A stretch of 64,000 bases of DNA, taken from positions 16,344,652-16,408,651 of the forward strand of contig NC_069004.1 of assembly GCF_001194135.2 (NCBI RefSeq), written 5' to 3'. A model generated the notes under the pieces. That model saw nothing but the letters and a program-made list of their open reading frames with translations. It made no database searches and had not been told where the DNA came from. The first letter of the stretch is position 1, and the number at the start of each line of letters is the position of its first letter. The translations under genes were made by a program, and so were the position numbers. Of the stretch, positions 12,406 through 25,448 are shown piece by piece. The DNA comes from Octopus bimaculoides (Eukaryota).

Positions 12406-12937
12406 GCATTAAGTGATAGGTGGTATAAAACACTTAGTTCAGTTTAAAAAAAATTACTTTTCACTATACACTAACAATTGCCCCTCTCTCTCTCTAATCT
12501 CACCATCAGAACATCACCCCTCTGCTAAAATTATATTCCTAACTCTACTCTATATCACTACCTTCAACTAACTTTTTTAACTACGTAATAAATATTATGT
12601 TCTCCCTACCATGTCATGGACACTTCTCGTTCCCACTTTTTCTTTCTCCTTCTTTTTCTCTAATCACATGAAAGTGTTACCAATGGGCTAAGTAATGTAA
12701 TCACAAGCATAATTATTATAAGATGGTGTTATGTCGACCTTTCTTATTGATGTAAGCAGAGAGGAAGTAGATTTAGCAGCAGCAACAGCAGTGCCACCAC
12801 TCACCATAGTTCTTGCTGCTGCCCCTGCTATTGTTGTTGCTGCTCTTCCTGTTATTGTAATAGTTAAAATTACAATGTTTCTGTATTTTGCTTGTTTACT
12901 GTCAAAGCATTGATTTTTTTCTTTTCTTTTTTTGCAG

Positions 12938-12977
12938 GATATTATTTTACTACTAACATAGTGAAAGCATTTCAGAG
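12938..12977 (+). CDS. Candidate internal coding exon (40 nt, phase 1 to 2) of an unidentified host gene
   Basis: Long pyrimidine tract + tttgcag acceptor, gag|gttagt donor; only one frame is open: (G)YYFTTNIVKAFQ(R/S). Confidence 0.4.
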
Positions 12978-13312
12978 GTTAGTAATTACCAGCTTTATTC
13001 TCTTTCAAACTTTCATCACTGTCATCAGTTCCAGCATCATTACCATAATAATATTACAACAGTTTTTCCATGCTGGACAGGTTGTCAATTGTTGCAGGCC
13101 AAATCATCTTGCACACACTGAAACAGAGAAAACTAACTAATGTCATTGTCATGCAAGGTTTACTTTGGAAACTCAGTACATTTTACTGTACCACCAGTAC
13201 AAGTATGTTTGTCCCATTGCAGGAGGATTAGAGGTTCCTCTCTATACTTTATCAATCCTTATTCAGAGGTGCAGCCCTCCAACACATGCACACACATATG
13301 AGCATATATGTA

Positions 13313-13353
<41 letters not shown>

Positions 13354-13591
13354 CAAAGAGAGAGGCAATATATGCGGATAAGCAAATTAGATACATTAGA
13401 TATAACAGTTTGGGTATGAAATACAATATATGTGTGTGTGTGTGTACACATGCAAAACAAGAGGAAGCAAAAAGTGAAGACTTTCAGACAATGAATATTT
13501 AAGTATAAATATATATAGATATTTATATTAATAGATCCAACTTACACAGAGTACAAATGATACAGAAAATTAAGTTGGATCTATTAATATA

Positions 13592-14165
13592 NNNNNNNNN
13601 NNNNNNNNNNNNNNNNNNNNNNNNNNNNNNNNNNNNNNNNNNNNNNNNNNNNNNNNNNNNNNNNNNNNNNNNNNNNNNNNNNNNNNNNNNNNNNNNNNNN
13701 NNNNNNNNNNNNNNNNNNNNNNNNNNNNNNNNNNNNNNNNNNNNNNNNNNNNNNNNNNNNNNNNNNNNNNNNNNNNNNNNNNNNNNNNNNNNNNNNNNNN
13801 NNNNNNNNNNNNNNNNNNNNNNNNNNNNNNNNNNNNNNNNNNNNNNNNNNNNNNNNNNNNNNNNNNNNNNNNNNNNNNNNNNNNNNNNNNNNNNNNNNNN
13901 NNNNNNNNNNNNNNNNNNNNNNNNNNNNNNNNNNNNNNNNNNNNNNNNNNNNNNNNNNNNNNNNNNNNNNNNNNNNNNNNNNNNNNNNNNNNNNNNNNNN
14001 NNNNNNNNNNNNNNNNNNNNNNNNNNNNNNNNNNNNNNNNNNNNNNNNNNNNNNNNNNNNNNNNNNNNNNNNNNNNNNNNNNNNNNNNNNNNNNNNNNNN
14101 NNNNNNNNNNNNNNNNNNNNNNNNNNNNNNNNNNNNNNNNNNNNNNNNNNNNNNNNNNNNNNNNN
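13592..14165. other. Assembly gap (N run)
   Basis: N run. Confidence 1.
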
Positions 14166-14264
14166 TCTATCAGTCTCTTTTGCCGAACCGCTATGTTACG
14201 GGGATGTAAACACACCACCATCGGTTGTCAAGTGATGTTGGGGGGACAAACACAAACACACACG

Positions 14265-14322
<58 letters not shown>

Positions 14323-14488
14323 TATATACAACGGGCTTCTTTCAGTTTCCATTTACCAAATCCACTCACAAGGCTTTCGTCGGCCTGAAGCTGTAATAGA
14401 AGACACTTGCCCAAGGTGCCACGCAGTGGGACTGAACCTGGAACCATGTGGTTGGTAAGCAAGCTACTTACCATACAGCCACACCCAT
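14166..14488 (-). mobile_element. tRNA-headed SINE family A, near full length
   Basis: Minus strand ggctgtatggtaagtagcttgcttaccaaccacatggttccaggttcagtcccactgcgtggcaccttgggcaagtgtcttcta (A/B boxes), internal (TA)/(TG), 3' body gcggttcggcaaaaagagac. Confidence 0.85.
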
Positions 14489-14611
14489 ACATATGTACAT
14501 ATATATACACACACACATATACATACATACACTTACACCCAATATATACCCATAGATATACAAACATACATATAAAGATACATATGTGTGTGTGTGTGTG
14601 TATGTACGTGT

Positions 14612-14900
14612 GAGGGCACATGGCCTAGTGGTTAGGATGTTGTACTCACAATCACGAGATCGTGGTTTCAATTTCTGGACTGGGTGGTGCGTTGTGTTTT
14701 GAGTAAACCACCTCATCTCACATTGTTCTGCAATCACTTCAACACCTGATGTGTGATACACAGTGCACCTGTTCAGACAATGTTGATTTGATTGCGAGAG
14801 TGAGCTCATGTGCAGCACAAATATTTGATCCCTATAAACAAATCATTTGTGCAGGTCGTTTGGCAAGCTGAACACTCATACATTGTCTTCGATGGGAGAA
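14612..14900 (+). mobile_element. tRNA-headed SINE family D
   Basis: ggcacatggcctagtggttaggatgttgtactcacaatcacgagatcgtggtttcaatttc (tRNA-like A and B boxes) followed by a repeat body. Confidence 0.7.
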
Positions 14901-15149
14901 TCCATCATGTATATATATGCATATATAAAATATGTAACAAAGAAAATAGAATTCACAAGAATCTATTCTTCACTATGATTGCTTTGATCCATCATGCACC
15001 AGTGCCTCACAGGTGAGATCCTGTACAAACAGTTGTGACGCATCATTGGTGCAGATGTGTCCTGACAGGTGACTTGTCAAAAGGCACCTCATTTTTTAAT
15101 CTCCATTTCGCTTATTTCAATTGGAATACATTCTGGTAGTTGTCGTTCA

Positions 15150-15660
15150 CTACTCATATACATGAGAACCTTGGGTGATATATATGCATAATATGACTTT
15201 TAAGACCAGCTGCTGACTGACAAGGTTTAAAACACATGGGACAGATATTATTCAAGTTTCTTCTACTTCTTTGCCCTTTGGAAACTGATTCTGAAGGAAT
15301 GCTTTTGTGAACTAGCATATGTCTTTTAAGTCCAGATATTGGTGTTCAAGATTACCTACCTGGGCATTTCAATTTTCATGTGATTTCATATGATTCACGT
15401 ATCCTGCTTTTGACAACAGAATATGATCACAGATAATACATGTCCAATGTTCACTGTTGATATCAGTTCCAGTTGTTCCTTTGCAACCAGTCCTAACAGC
15501 ACCTCTCCACTTGTTCCAATCTAGAGCATCAATTTCCCAATCACTTTTGTTCATATATTATTTCTTCAGGTTTTCTTTCACAGTCTTTATACCTGATCCT
15601 TGGCTTATGTTCTGGTCGCTTACCAGAGGTGAGCTCATAAAAAAGACACTTCAGTGCTTT
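15150..15660 (-). mobile_element. RTE/BovB-like LINE ORF C-terminus with three tandem C2H2-like zinc fingers (pseudogenised)
   Basis: LFYELTSGKRPEHKPRIRYKDC...DWEIDALDWNKWRGAV (RTE C-terminus), then CIICDHILLSKAGYVNHMKSH, KCPGR*S*TPISGLKRHMLVH and ICPMCFKPCQSAAGLKSHIMHIYH across frameshifts. Confidence 0.75.
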
Positions 15661-15815
15661 TTAAATGTAACCAGCACCCGTGTTATTTATGTGGTACCAT
15701 TGTACCAGTGTTATTTATGTGGTACCATTGTACCAGTGCTTTTATGTGGTACCGTTGTATTAGACACCTGTTACCTAGCTTTATAGCAGCATTGTTTGGT
15801 TATCTATGATAAATA

Positions 15816-17095
15816 TCAGGACATCCCACAAGTTCTGTCCAAATTTTGAATAAAGAAAACAAGTGATCAAATGTTATATTTAATTGAAATTTAATCATCA
15901 ATGTACTTTCCCTGATTATTTATGACTTCCTTCTATCTATTTACAAGATTTTTAATCCCATCAATGTAAAACTTTTCGTTTCAAAGCGAAGAACTCTGAA
16001 ATGTCAGTTTCGACCTCCTCCTGGCTTGTGAAAGTTATGACCCCCAAATGATTCTGTAAACTATGAAACAAATGGTAGTCTGAAGGAGCAAGGTTGGGAG
16101 AATAAGGTGGATGAGGAATTTTTTCCCAACCAACCTCTTCAATGTTCTGTGATGTGATCTTTGCAGTGTGGGGTCATGCATTGTCCTGATGAAACATCAC
16201 TCCTTTTCGATTCACTAAAGCGGGTCTTTTTTTCTTCAAAGCTTAGTTCAAATGCTCTAATTGCTGACAGTAGACTTGAGCATTGGTTATTACATTAGGT
16301 AGTAAAAATTCAAAGTGAATTATTCCTTTGCAATCCCACCAGATAGAGAGAAGAACCTTTTTCCCATGAGGCTCCCTTCTCGGTTGTGGTTGGTTAAGCT
16401 TTTTCCTTTTTACCAAGCCACTGTTTACGACATTTAACATTTCGATAGAAGATCCATTTTTCATCACAAGTCATAATTCTATCCAAAAAGGGTGAAATAA
16501 GTTCGCGAGAATGGAGAAAAGAGCAGATGTCAACTCAGGATTTGCAGTTGCTTTCAGACAATTCACGAATCACCCGTTTTCCAAGTTTAGGAACCTTTCC
16601 AAGTTGTTGAAGATGATGATGAACAGTTGTATGGTTTACTAAGCTTTATTGCCAATTCTTCAACTGATAATGCAGGATTTTCTTCAAGTAATGCCTGAAG
16701 GAGCTTATCATCAAACTCAAATGGACGTCCTGTTCGATCTTCACCTTCAAGGCTTAAATCTCCACTTCTGAATTTTGAAAACCATCTTCTGCAAGTTCTT
16801 TCATTCTAGCATTCTTACTGAGTGTATGTTTGGAGTCTCTTCCGCTGCAGAGTTTCCTTTTTTGTACTCATAAAGCATTATGTGCCTTAAATTCTTTTTG
16901 GATACTTCCATGTCATAAAGGGTTTTATTCAAAGAAATTTTAATTCTATTATTCTGTAAAATAATATTTAATTAGTTCAAATGTACACAAATGCATAAAA
17001 GTAATTTTTAATTCCATTAGACATTTAAAAATACTATTAGATTTCATTCAATTTTAAAAAAGGTAAAATCGAACAGAACTTATGGGATGACCTGA
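15816..17095 (-). mobile_element. Full-length mariner (DD34D) transposon, 1280 bp, decayed transposase
   Basis: TIRs tcaggacatcccacaagttctgtcc (15816-15840) / gaacagaacttatgggatgacctga (17071-17095), TA on both flanks. CDS ATG 16911 to TAA 15891 with MEVSKKNLRHIMLYEYKKG, TCDEKWI, WWD, HQDNA and YSPNLAPSDYHLF; internal stops and frameshifts. Confidence 0.95.
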
Positions 17096-17444
17096 TAGAT
17101 TATGGTTTGGTAAATGATAAATAAATAGTTGAAAGGTTATTTCATTCAGCAAAATTAATCTGTTGTTGTTTGATGGCCATGCAGTTTGGTTATTTTGTCT
17201 CTGTTTATACATGCATGTAAAGAACACGTATACAAATTCTTCAAGGTGTGCTGGTGGATCATGCATCTTTTTGCAGAGAAATTGATAAATTCAGGTAATT
17301 AGAATATGTTAATGAATGATTTTAAATTAGTCACAGCCAACATGATAGCAGAAATGACCTTGTATCATAATCAGAACTGACAGATGAGAGAAAGACTATT
17401 TTTAAGACGTCCTCTTGCAGAGTACCTTCACAGATGAGTGACAG

Positions 17445-18830
17445 TAACTGCAATATCATAGCTGGCAACTTTAACAGACATGTTCAAGATGGCTACTCCA
17501 GTGTTTATCGAAACTATAGAATACAGTACAAGGAACAAAAATGGATTGAAATTCTTGAAGACTTGATGCAAATTACATGAGTATTTGTAACACTAGCCTC
17601 AGAAAACCTACCAATCACCTTCCAATCAGATTAATATGCAAACCAGGTAGACCTCATACTCACCACAAAATAGTGTAGATAACTGGTTGTGAATCATAGG
17701 TTTCCCTCTGATGAGCATCAGATTAAGAGGTAAGCAAACTCAGAGATACAAAACAATCTGGAAAAAAGATGATAGAGATGAAAAACCTCTCAGCTTGATG
17801 TAGGTTTAAGGAAATACTAGTTGACATGTAAGAGAAGAAGGAAAAAGTGGTAGATTACTAACATTGAAAGATAATTGGGAATTTCTTCAAGACAATCTAT
17901 TACATGCCACAACCATGTTGCAGGTTGATCTGTAACATGGTGGTAGAATGGTATAGTAAATAGAACCACAAAATCCAAGAAACAGACTTAGAAAAAATGG
18001 AAGAAAGCAGGGGGCATGAACTGATATGAGGTAACTAGAAGAAAAAATATCCATCAGGTATATGTAGCACAGAGGAACTGAAAGTATGAACTTTGCCAGT
18101 AAAAAGATCAGACATGCAGTGCCCTGGAATGCTCATTGGGGAAAATTGTATGTAGAATGGTCACAGCACACTTGCTGTTGAGAAGAAAGCGCAATACACT
18201 TGATACCGAAAAGAAAGAGGCATTTAAGTGTTACTGTGCCCAGTTGCTGAGTGTAAAGAATTAATGGAAGGAACCAACAGAGGAACCAGCTATTGAAGTT
18301 GACAGCTATATAGTTGAAAGCACAGTTAAGGTTATAAAGGCAAGGAAAGTAGACTGGATCATCACAGATAGTCACTTAGATGCTGAAAATATTCAGAGAA
18401 GTAGAACAGATGCTAGTCACTCAAGTAGTCAATCAGGTAATTTTTGCAAGGTATCATGAACATTGAATGAGCATGCTTGGAGGCTGGAAAGAAATGAGAT
18501 GAATTTGATCAGCTGAATGTGTAATGTTAATGTGCATGAATGATGAGTAAAAACAGACTGAGAGAAAAAAAACTGGGTATAGGAATGATCAGATGTAGTG
18601 TGTAAAAAAGAAGACTGCACTGGTTGTGGCGTGTGATGCATGTGAAGGATGACAGTTGGGTAGAAGTGGTGCCTGATAATCCATATACAAGGAACTTGTG
18701 GAAGAGGAAGCATGAGAAAAGCATGGGAAGTAGTGAAGACTGAACCTCATGAAGATGGCAAAGGTGTTGTAACAAGTAGTGAGACTACTTTGGAGAAGAC
18801 CTGTTTAACCCATGCAAGCATCTACAAATG
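17445..18830 (+). mobile_element. Old, internally deleted RTE LINE (APE endonuclease to C-terminus)
   Basis: IIAGNFNRHV (APE 'GDFN'), a decayed AEMLKI..EV..LVTQVV segment, then RRLHWLWRVM..GTCGRG C-terminal motifs; many stops. Confidence 0.7.
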
Positions 18831-20682
18831 TGTTTATAAATTACATGTATGCATGTGTATGTCTGCAACAATGTTTCCCTATCTTTGCCTACTGCTCTTG
18901 AACAGTTTTCAAATCTCTTGTCTTTTATATGTTTCGTCACTCTTAATTGTCAGTTCTTGCCCCTCCACCAACACTTCTTATCTACCCTTCTCTCTTACTT
19001 CCCCTTCTTCCTCCCTTGCTGCTCCTTCTCATACATTGCCTTCCTTCTCCCATGTTCTTTACTGTTATAACAATTATTCCACTCTCATTACTTCCAATTT
19101 ACTTATCCTGCAACACTAGCAGACATTCCTTCTCTCTCTAATAAAGAATTCTGCCTGAAGCATTAGATTTCTCTTCTTCCTCATAGCATAATTATTTATT
19201 TATTTACACCTTTTGATTTTTTTTGTATTACTATGTTACCAACTTAGAACATCACTATTTTCCTTGGATTCTACTATTTCCTTTAAATTCAAGGGAATTG
19301 TATATATTTCTGTATACATGGTTGTTTTACTGATTTGCAGTACTGAACCTATTTAAAGTCAACAGAGCCAATCCCCTAATGATGGATACATCTCATTAGG
19401 AGAGGACAAACCATTGACTCTGTTGCAATACATGAGAACAAAGTACTGATATACATAAGACAGAATATTGTTTTGTCTCCATTGATCCTTATTATGTTGA
19501 TTCTTACAGTAGTTTTTATATTCTCAAAAATGTTGCTCTTCTGTATGAGAACTTATTGCATTCAGGCTGTGGAACATCCAGAATTGCCATTTGTTGTATG
19601 GATATATTCCTTTGAATCTCTTTAAAAGTAGCATTGTTACTGGTCTATTGGAGCAGAATATGTCTTACATGGCTTGAATGGCATCCTTTGCAATTGTCTA
19701 TCAAAAGAATTGTGATTCTCTTTGAATAGCAACATTTTTTATGATAGTTTAAAATGTAGAAAATTTCAAATTCCAATTCTATGTTTATTTCTAAGTCGAC
19801 ATGATAGCTGGAATAAATTGTCTGTGATACTGATTTGTATCACCTGTCACCCTCCAAAATAAGAACTCAAAAGATGAAGAATACTGCCTCAGATTGCTTA
19901 TTTCAGTGTTTTAACAAAATACTGGTGATACAGGTAATTCAGAATAATGAACACTTTTCAGTTAATTAGATTCCCAATTGGTGGAAACTGCTGTGTAAAG
20001 CTGTTGTTTTTTTATCTTATTCACTCACTATTCGCTCACCTGTTCACAGTCTGCTAACTAACATCTGATGACTGTTTCTATTCAATATTCTCTTAATGAA
20101 CTATCTATTTAAAAAACTTTTTTTAAATTCAGTTTTCCATTGTTCTGGTGCAATCCATCATTTCCACTATACTTCTTTTATACTTATATCATGGCCCTTC
20201 TACACTTAGGTTCTGGTCCCTGATCCTTAGGTGCCCTTGAGTATAGTTTGCTCTATCACAAACATCTGAACCAAAATTCCATACCTTTCTCATTCCCTTT
20301 TAGTTTTTTCTTTAGCTTGCTGTCATTTATTTGCAAATGCTAGGAATCAGCCACATCCATCTCTTCAGTCTGAGAATGTAGGGCCTATTAAAAAGAGTCA
20401 TGGACACTGCTCATTTTCTCCCAATTAACCCTGAATTTTGATCTTGTACCTACTGTGAATGTATTGACAATAAGTGTAAAAATCTCATATTGATTTTTTT
20501 TTTTTCTATAAATATTTGGTTGACATTCCTGTCTTTGTCACAAATCATCACCATCAGTAGCAGTAGTTTGTACACTTCAATACTACATTGAACCATGTGT
20601 TTCAGAATTGGTCTGTGTGTGAGAAAGAGAATGTATTTTTGGGTATATGTTTATGTCTGCTTGCATATACCAGCTTCTCTCT

Positions 20683-21870
20683 TCATTATCATTTAGCGTC
20701 TGCTTCCATTCTGGCATTAGTTAGATAGTTTCACTGAAAGTGGTAAGCTGGAGGGCTGCACCAAGTTCCAATCTGATTTGGCATGGTTTCTATAGCTGCA
20801 TGCGCTTCCTAACACCAACCTCTTCAAGTGTGTATGGGTGCTTTTTATGTGCCACTAGCATGGGTGTCAGTTACATGACACTGGCATCGGCCACAACTAC
20901 AATTTCACTTGGCTTGATGGATCTTCTCAAGTACATATCGCCAACAGTCTCAGTCACTTATCATTGCCTCCATGAGGCCAAACGTTTGAAGGGTGCTTTT
21001 TACATGTCACCATTTAGCATATTGCCAAAGGCTTCAATCATTTGTCATTGCCTGTGAGGCCCAATTTTCAAAGTTCATGCTTCACTACCTCATCTCATGT
21101 CTTCCTGGGTCTACCCTCTTCCACAGGTTCCCTCCACTGTTAGAGATTGGCACTTCTTTACACTACTGTCCTCATTCATATGCATCACATGACCATACCA
21201 ATGCAGTTGTCTCTCTTGGACACCACATCTGATGCTTCTTATACCCAACTTTTCTATCCAAGATGCTTACATTCTGTCATACATGCACACTGACATTGCA
21301 CATATTTCTTTCAAACCTACACATATCTTCAGTGGTCACAGCTCATGTCTTACTGCCATGTAGCATAGCTGTTCACACACAGGTATTATACAATCTACCT
21401 TTCACTCTGAGGGAGAGACCCTTAGTTGCCAACAGAGGTAGGAGCTCTCTGAACTTTGCTCAGCCTATTTTTATTCTAGCAGCTACACTCTCAGAGCATC
21501 TATCTCTGTTACTGACTTGGTCGCCTAGATAACAGAAACTATCAACCACTTCTAGCTTCCCCCACTGGTATTTGATGGAGTCTATTTTCTCTACATTTTT
21601 TGTGTTTATTGTACCTATGTACATTCCACATACAAAAACTATTTCCCATTAACCTTCCTCTGATATTGCTGCACCTCTTATGTGTCCATAGCTTATACTG
21701 GGTACATCTTACAGAGTTTCTACCTACAGGGCCTTCTATCTGAAGGGACTTGTGATTTGTCTGCTTTCCTACTAACTAAGACTTTGGTTTTTGCTGGATT
21801 AAATCTAAGGTCCTTTGATTCTAGACCTTGCTTCCACACCTGACCTTCATTTATAGAGAGGTATAGATGT
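20683..21870 (-). mobile_element. RTE LINE 3' fragment with tail
   Basis: Same family as 6876-7805 and 41295-42348: tail at ~20685, C-terminal motifs 21050-21550, RT region to ~21870. Confidence 0.85.
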
Positions 21871-22199
21871 TCACTTTAGGCTCATGTGAGATGTGAGGAG
21901 TTTTCTGGTTTTCACAGCCATCCTTTTGATATCTGAGAGTCTAGTTAACTATTTCGAAGCTATATTGAACAACTGGTATTGCCAGACTATTTATTGCTTT
22001 AAATCAGTTGATAGTGATTATGTCAAAGTCAATGGAAGATGTGAGGGTAACTCTATCTTTCTCAAGTGTTACCTTTGCACATTTATTCAAACTAAAGTCC
22101 ATACCAAAGTCATCACTATAGCTTTTTACAGTTTTAAGACTTAGTTCACTGTCTTTCCTTTTTTTTTTTTAGCATAGAATTTTAAGTCATCCATATAGG

Positions 22200-22252
<53 letters not shown>

Positions 22253-22350
22253 TATTTTATATCCTAAATTGTCATTGTTGATCTCAATAAAGAGATGAGG
22301 CACAAACAGAAAAGATTATTATTATTTTTATTATTATTATTATTATTATT

Positions 22351-22474
22351 CAGTAGTTTTATTTTTATAACGTGCTTTCACTTCACTACCGAGCGCAGCT
22401 CTGTGCGCCTTGGGTATGTGCTGTGGTTTGCTGTGGTGCTCTTATGTTTACTGTATTGAAAGTGTTTTGCGTAG
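22351..22474 (-). mobile_element. R4/Dong-clade LINE family B, extreme 3' end with (TAA)n tail
   Basis: Encodes LRKTLSIQ* plus UTR; ~90% identical to 25449-25570. Confidence 0.8.
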
Positions 22475-24228
22475 AAAAAGTTTCTAACATCAGGCTACAA
22501 CAAATAACCTTAGATGCCAAGAACTCTGTTAAATATTCTAGCTGTTGCTAACAACAGTTTTCTGGAGTTGTACTGAACTATGTTTTATGCATATTTCCTT
22601 TATCCATCTGTTCAAATCTTTAGGGATAGTTCCTAATGCACCTATAACTACAGGGATACATTTTACCTGCACTTTCTATAGTCTCTACAATTCAATGGCT
22701 AGGTCCTGGTACTTTGCTGTTTTTTCTATACCTCTCATAATGATTTTTTCATCATTTGGGACTGTAAAGTCAATTATCTGACTCTTTCTATTCTTTTTAT
22801 CTACTACTACTATATCAGGCCTTCTAGCTTCTATTACTCTGTCCATCTGAAAGTTAAAGTCCCACTACATCTTCTATTTCTTACTTTCTAGTACTTTACT
22901 AAGCTCATGTTCATACCATTTATCAATATGGTCAAATCCTAGCTTTCTACATAACTCCCAGTGGATTATTCTACCTAGGTTGTTGTGTCCTTTCTTGTAT
23001 TCTTTCTGTGCCAGTATGCTACATTCACTTATTATATGAGTAACACTTTCCTCTTTTGATTTACATAACCTACATTGGTTTTTGTTTATCTTGGCTTTTA
23101 TCCAATTAGTCCTCAATGCTTGATCTTGTGCTACTACTAACAAACTTTCTGTCTCCCTTTACAACCTTCCTTTCTACAACCATAACCATGTCTCACTATT
23201 ACTATTTCTTGCAAACATCTTTAGGAATCTACCATGCAAAGCCTTCTCTTGCCAGTCACATAGTCTTCCTTTTTTTTTTTTAACATCATTTGACTTTTTG
23301 TTTCCCTGTGTCCTACTGTGACTCTAGCAGCTCTTAATAAACTTTCTTCACTGTTATCTACATCAGAGGCTATATCTATTCTGTCTAACTCCATGCGGTC
23401 TTCTACTGATATTAAACCCTCTACCACCTTCCTTTCAAGGTAAATATAATCTTGCTACTCCTGCTCTTGGGTGAAGTCCTCAATTCATATTGAATTCTTT
23501 CCTAGTTTTTCTGTCTATCTTTGCTAATTCAGATTTTGTCCAGTCTACACAAGCTGCTGAATATCTAAGTAACAATACTGCCCAAGTATTTACAGTCTTC
23601 ACTAGATTTGGACTATTTAGCTTTGACTTCATTAGCTTTGACTTCATTAGCTTTCTCACTCTCCTGATGTACTCCTTTCCAACTTTTGTTTTCATTTCTA
23701 TAGTTAGTACTCTGTCAGATTCTAATAATCCTAGACTCTCCTCCTTTCAATGGTTTTAATGTCTGGCCATCTGGTAATTGGATGCTTTCACTGTTGACTA
23801 CCTGTCCCTTTTTCATGACTAATATTGCACACTTATCTATGCCAAATTTCATGCCTACATCTATACTGAAGAGTCTTACAGTCTGTGTTAAGGAATCTAT
23901 CTCTTTTTCATTCTTACTAAAAAGCTTCAAATCATCCATGTAGAGCAAATGGTTAATTTTTCCTTTACTATTTCTGAACTGATACCCTGCCTTTGCCTTC
24001 CTTAACACTAAACTGAGGGCGATTAAACATAAGACAAATATTAAAGGGGATAACGAGTCTCCTTGGAAAACTCCTCTCTTGGTATTGATTTTCCCTAAGG
24101 CTACGTCACCTGAGTAGAGATCTATTTTCCATTTCTTCATGCTAAAGTTAACTCTCTTATGCTGTCTGCAATACTGAATATGCTCAAACATTCACTTATC
24201 CATGAGTGTGGAATCATGTCATAGGCTT
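22475..24228 (-). mobile_element. R4/Dong-clade non-LTR retrotransposon family A, 5'-truncated (RT + CCHC + restriction-like endonuclease)
   Basis: AYDMIPHSWI, RGVFQGDSLSPLIF, HLLYMDDLKLF (RT); CRLCKSKEESVTHIISEC (CCHC); ILWDFNFQTD..EARRPDIVV..IIDFTVP (PD..D RLE); frameshifted. Confidence 0.9.
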
Positions 24229-24261
24229 ATTATTATCATCATCATCATCATCATCATCCTC

Positions 24262-24890
24262 TTCTTTCAATTTTGTTTCCATTTCTTGCCAAGTATCTCC
24301 CTGACACCTAGGGCAAAGAAACTCATTATATACATTGGTAGGCCATTAAAATAAACACACCAGATTGTTCATTTACAAAGTCATGTGATAGAAAAACAGA
24401 GAAGAAAGGAAGTAAAAGGAAAGGAGAACAAATTTTCAAAGCAGGGGGAAAGTGAAAACAAAGAAAATAAAGGATAGAAAATTCACAGCAACAATGTTCT
24501 TCTCAATATGTGTGACGTACCAGTTAAGACAATCTTTTGAACTTCTTGCATAGCTGGTTAGCTAGGGATCATCCTCAAATAATTTTCAGTTCCTTTTTTG
24601 ATCATTCCAAGTTCTCCTACAATCACTGGTATTGTCACTGTCTTGAGATGCCACATTTTTTTTTTCAACTTCAATCAGCAAATCTTTATATTTTCTGAGC
24701 TTATCAAGTTCTTTTGCCAAGATATGATGATCACAAGGTATGCTCATGTCAATCAATAAACAGATTTTATTGTTTTGGTCTTTCACAACAATATTTGGTT
24801 TATTAGCTTTGATGTGTGTACTGGAAAGTCCCAAAGAATTGTTACATTTTCTCCCTCAGTTACAGCCTCACTTATTATCGTTATTATTGA
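24262..24890 (-). mobile_element. R4/Dong-clade LINE family C, RLE domain + 3' UTR
   Basis: VTILWDFPVH..KANKPNIVVKDQNNKICLLIDMSIPCD..KYKDL..VQKIVLTGTSHILRRTL*. Confidence 0.75.
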
Positions 24891-25430
24891 GGCAGTGAGC
24901 TGGTAGTATTGTTAGAATGCCAAGCAGAATGCCAAGCAGAATGCCAAGCAGAATGCCAAGCAGAATGCCAAGCAGAATGCCAAGCAGAATGCCAAGCAGA
25001 ATGCCAAGCAGAATGCCAAGCAGAATGCCAAGCAGAATGCTTAGTAGCATTTCATAATCTTTACATTTTGAGTTCAAATTCTGCCGAGGTCAAATTCATA
25101 GTTGATAAAACAAGTATCAGTTAAGAACTGGGGTCACAGTAATCGACTTACTTACCCCCATCTCCCAAAATTGCTGGCTTTGTGCCAAAATTTGAAATCG
25201 TCATCATCATCATCACGGCAGTGAGCTGACAGAATCATTAGCATGCCAGGCGAAATGCTTAGTATTTTGTCTCTCACTATGTTCTGAGTTCAAATTCCAT
25301 TGAAATCAACTTTGCCTTTCATCCTTTCAGGGTTGATAAATTAAGTACCAGTAAAACACTGGGGTCAATGTAATTGACTTGTTTGCTTCCCCCAAATTTC
25401 AGGCCTTGTGCCTTTAGTAGTAAAGATTAT
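24890..25430 (+). mobile_element. Two tandem tRNA-headed SINEs, family B (24890-25200 and 25216-25430)
   Basis: gcagtgagctg.cagaatc, gagttcaaattc B box, gataaa..aagtaccag..ctggggtc body, ttgtgcc tail followed by (cat)n or (att)n. Confidence 0.85.
24914..25040. repeat. Perfect 12-bp tandem repeat (agaatgccaagc) x10.6 inside a SINE head
   Basis: Direct reading; produces the spurious (ECQA)n and (LGIL)n ORFs. Confidence 0.97.
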
Positions 25431-25448
25431 TTTTATTATTATTATTGT

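Noticed and set aside
14612-14690. tRNA-like sequences at SINE heads (also 6640-6740, 14400-14488, 55118-55200)
   Set aside because: A/B boxes are present but no complete cloverleaf, and each continues into a repeat body, so they are SINE heads and not tRNA genes.
22204-22251. 48-nt poly(T) as a retrocopy poly(A) tail
   Set aside because: No AATAAA, target-site duplication or recognisable retrogene body adjacent.
24868-25124. (ECQA)n and (LGIL)n repeat proteins; superficially CRISPR-like regular array
   Set aside because: A perfect 12-bp tandem repeat with no spacers, located inside a SINE head.
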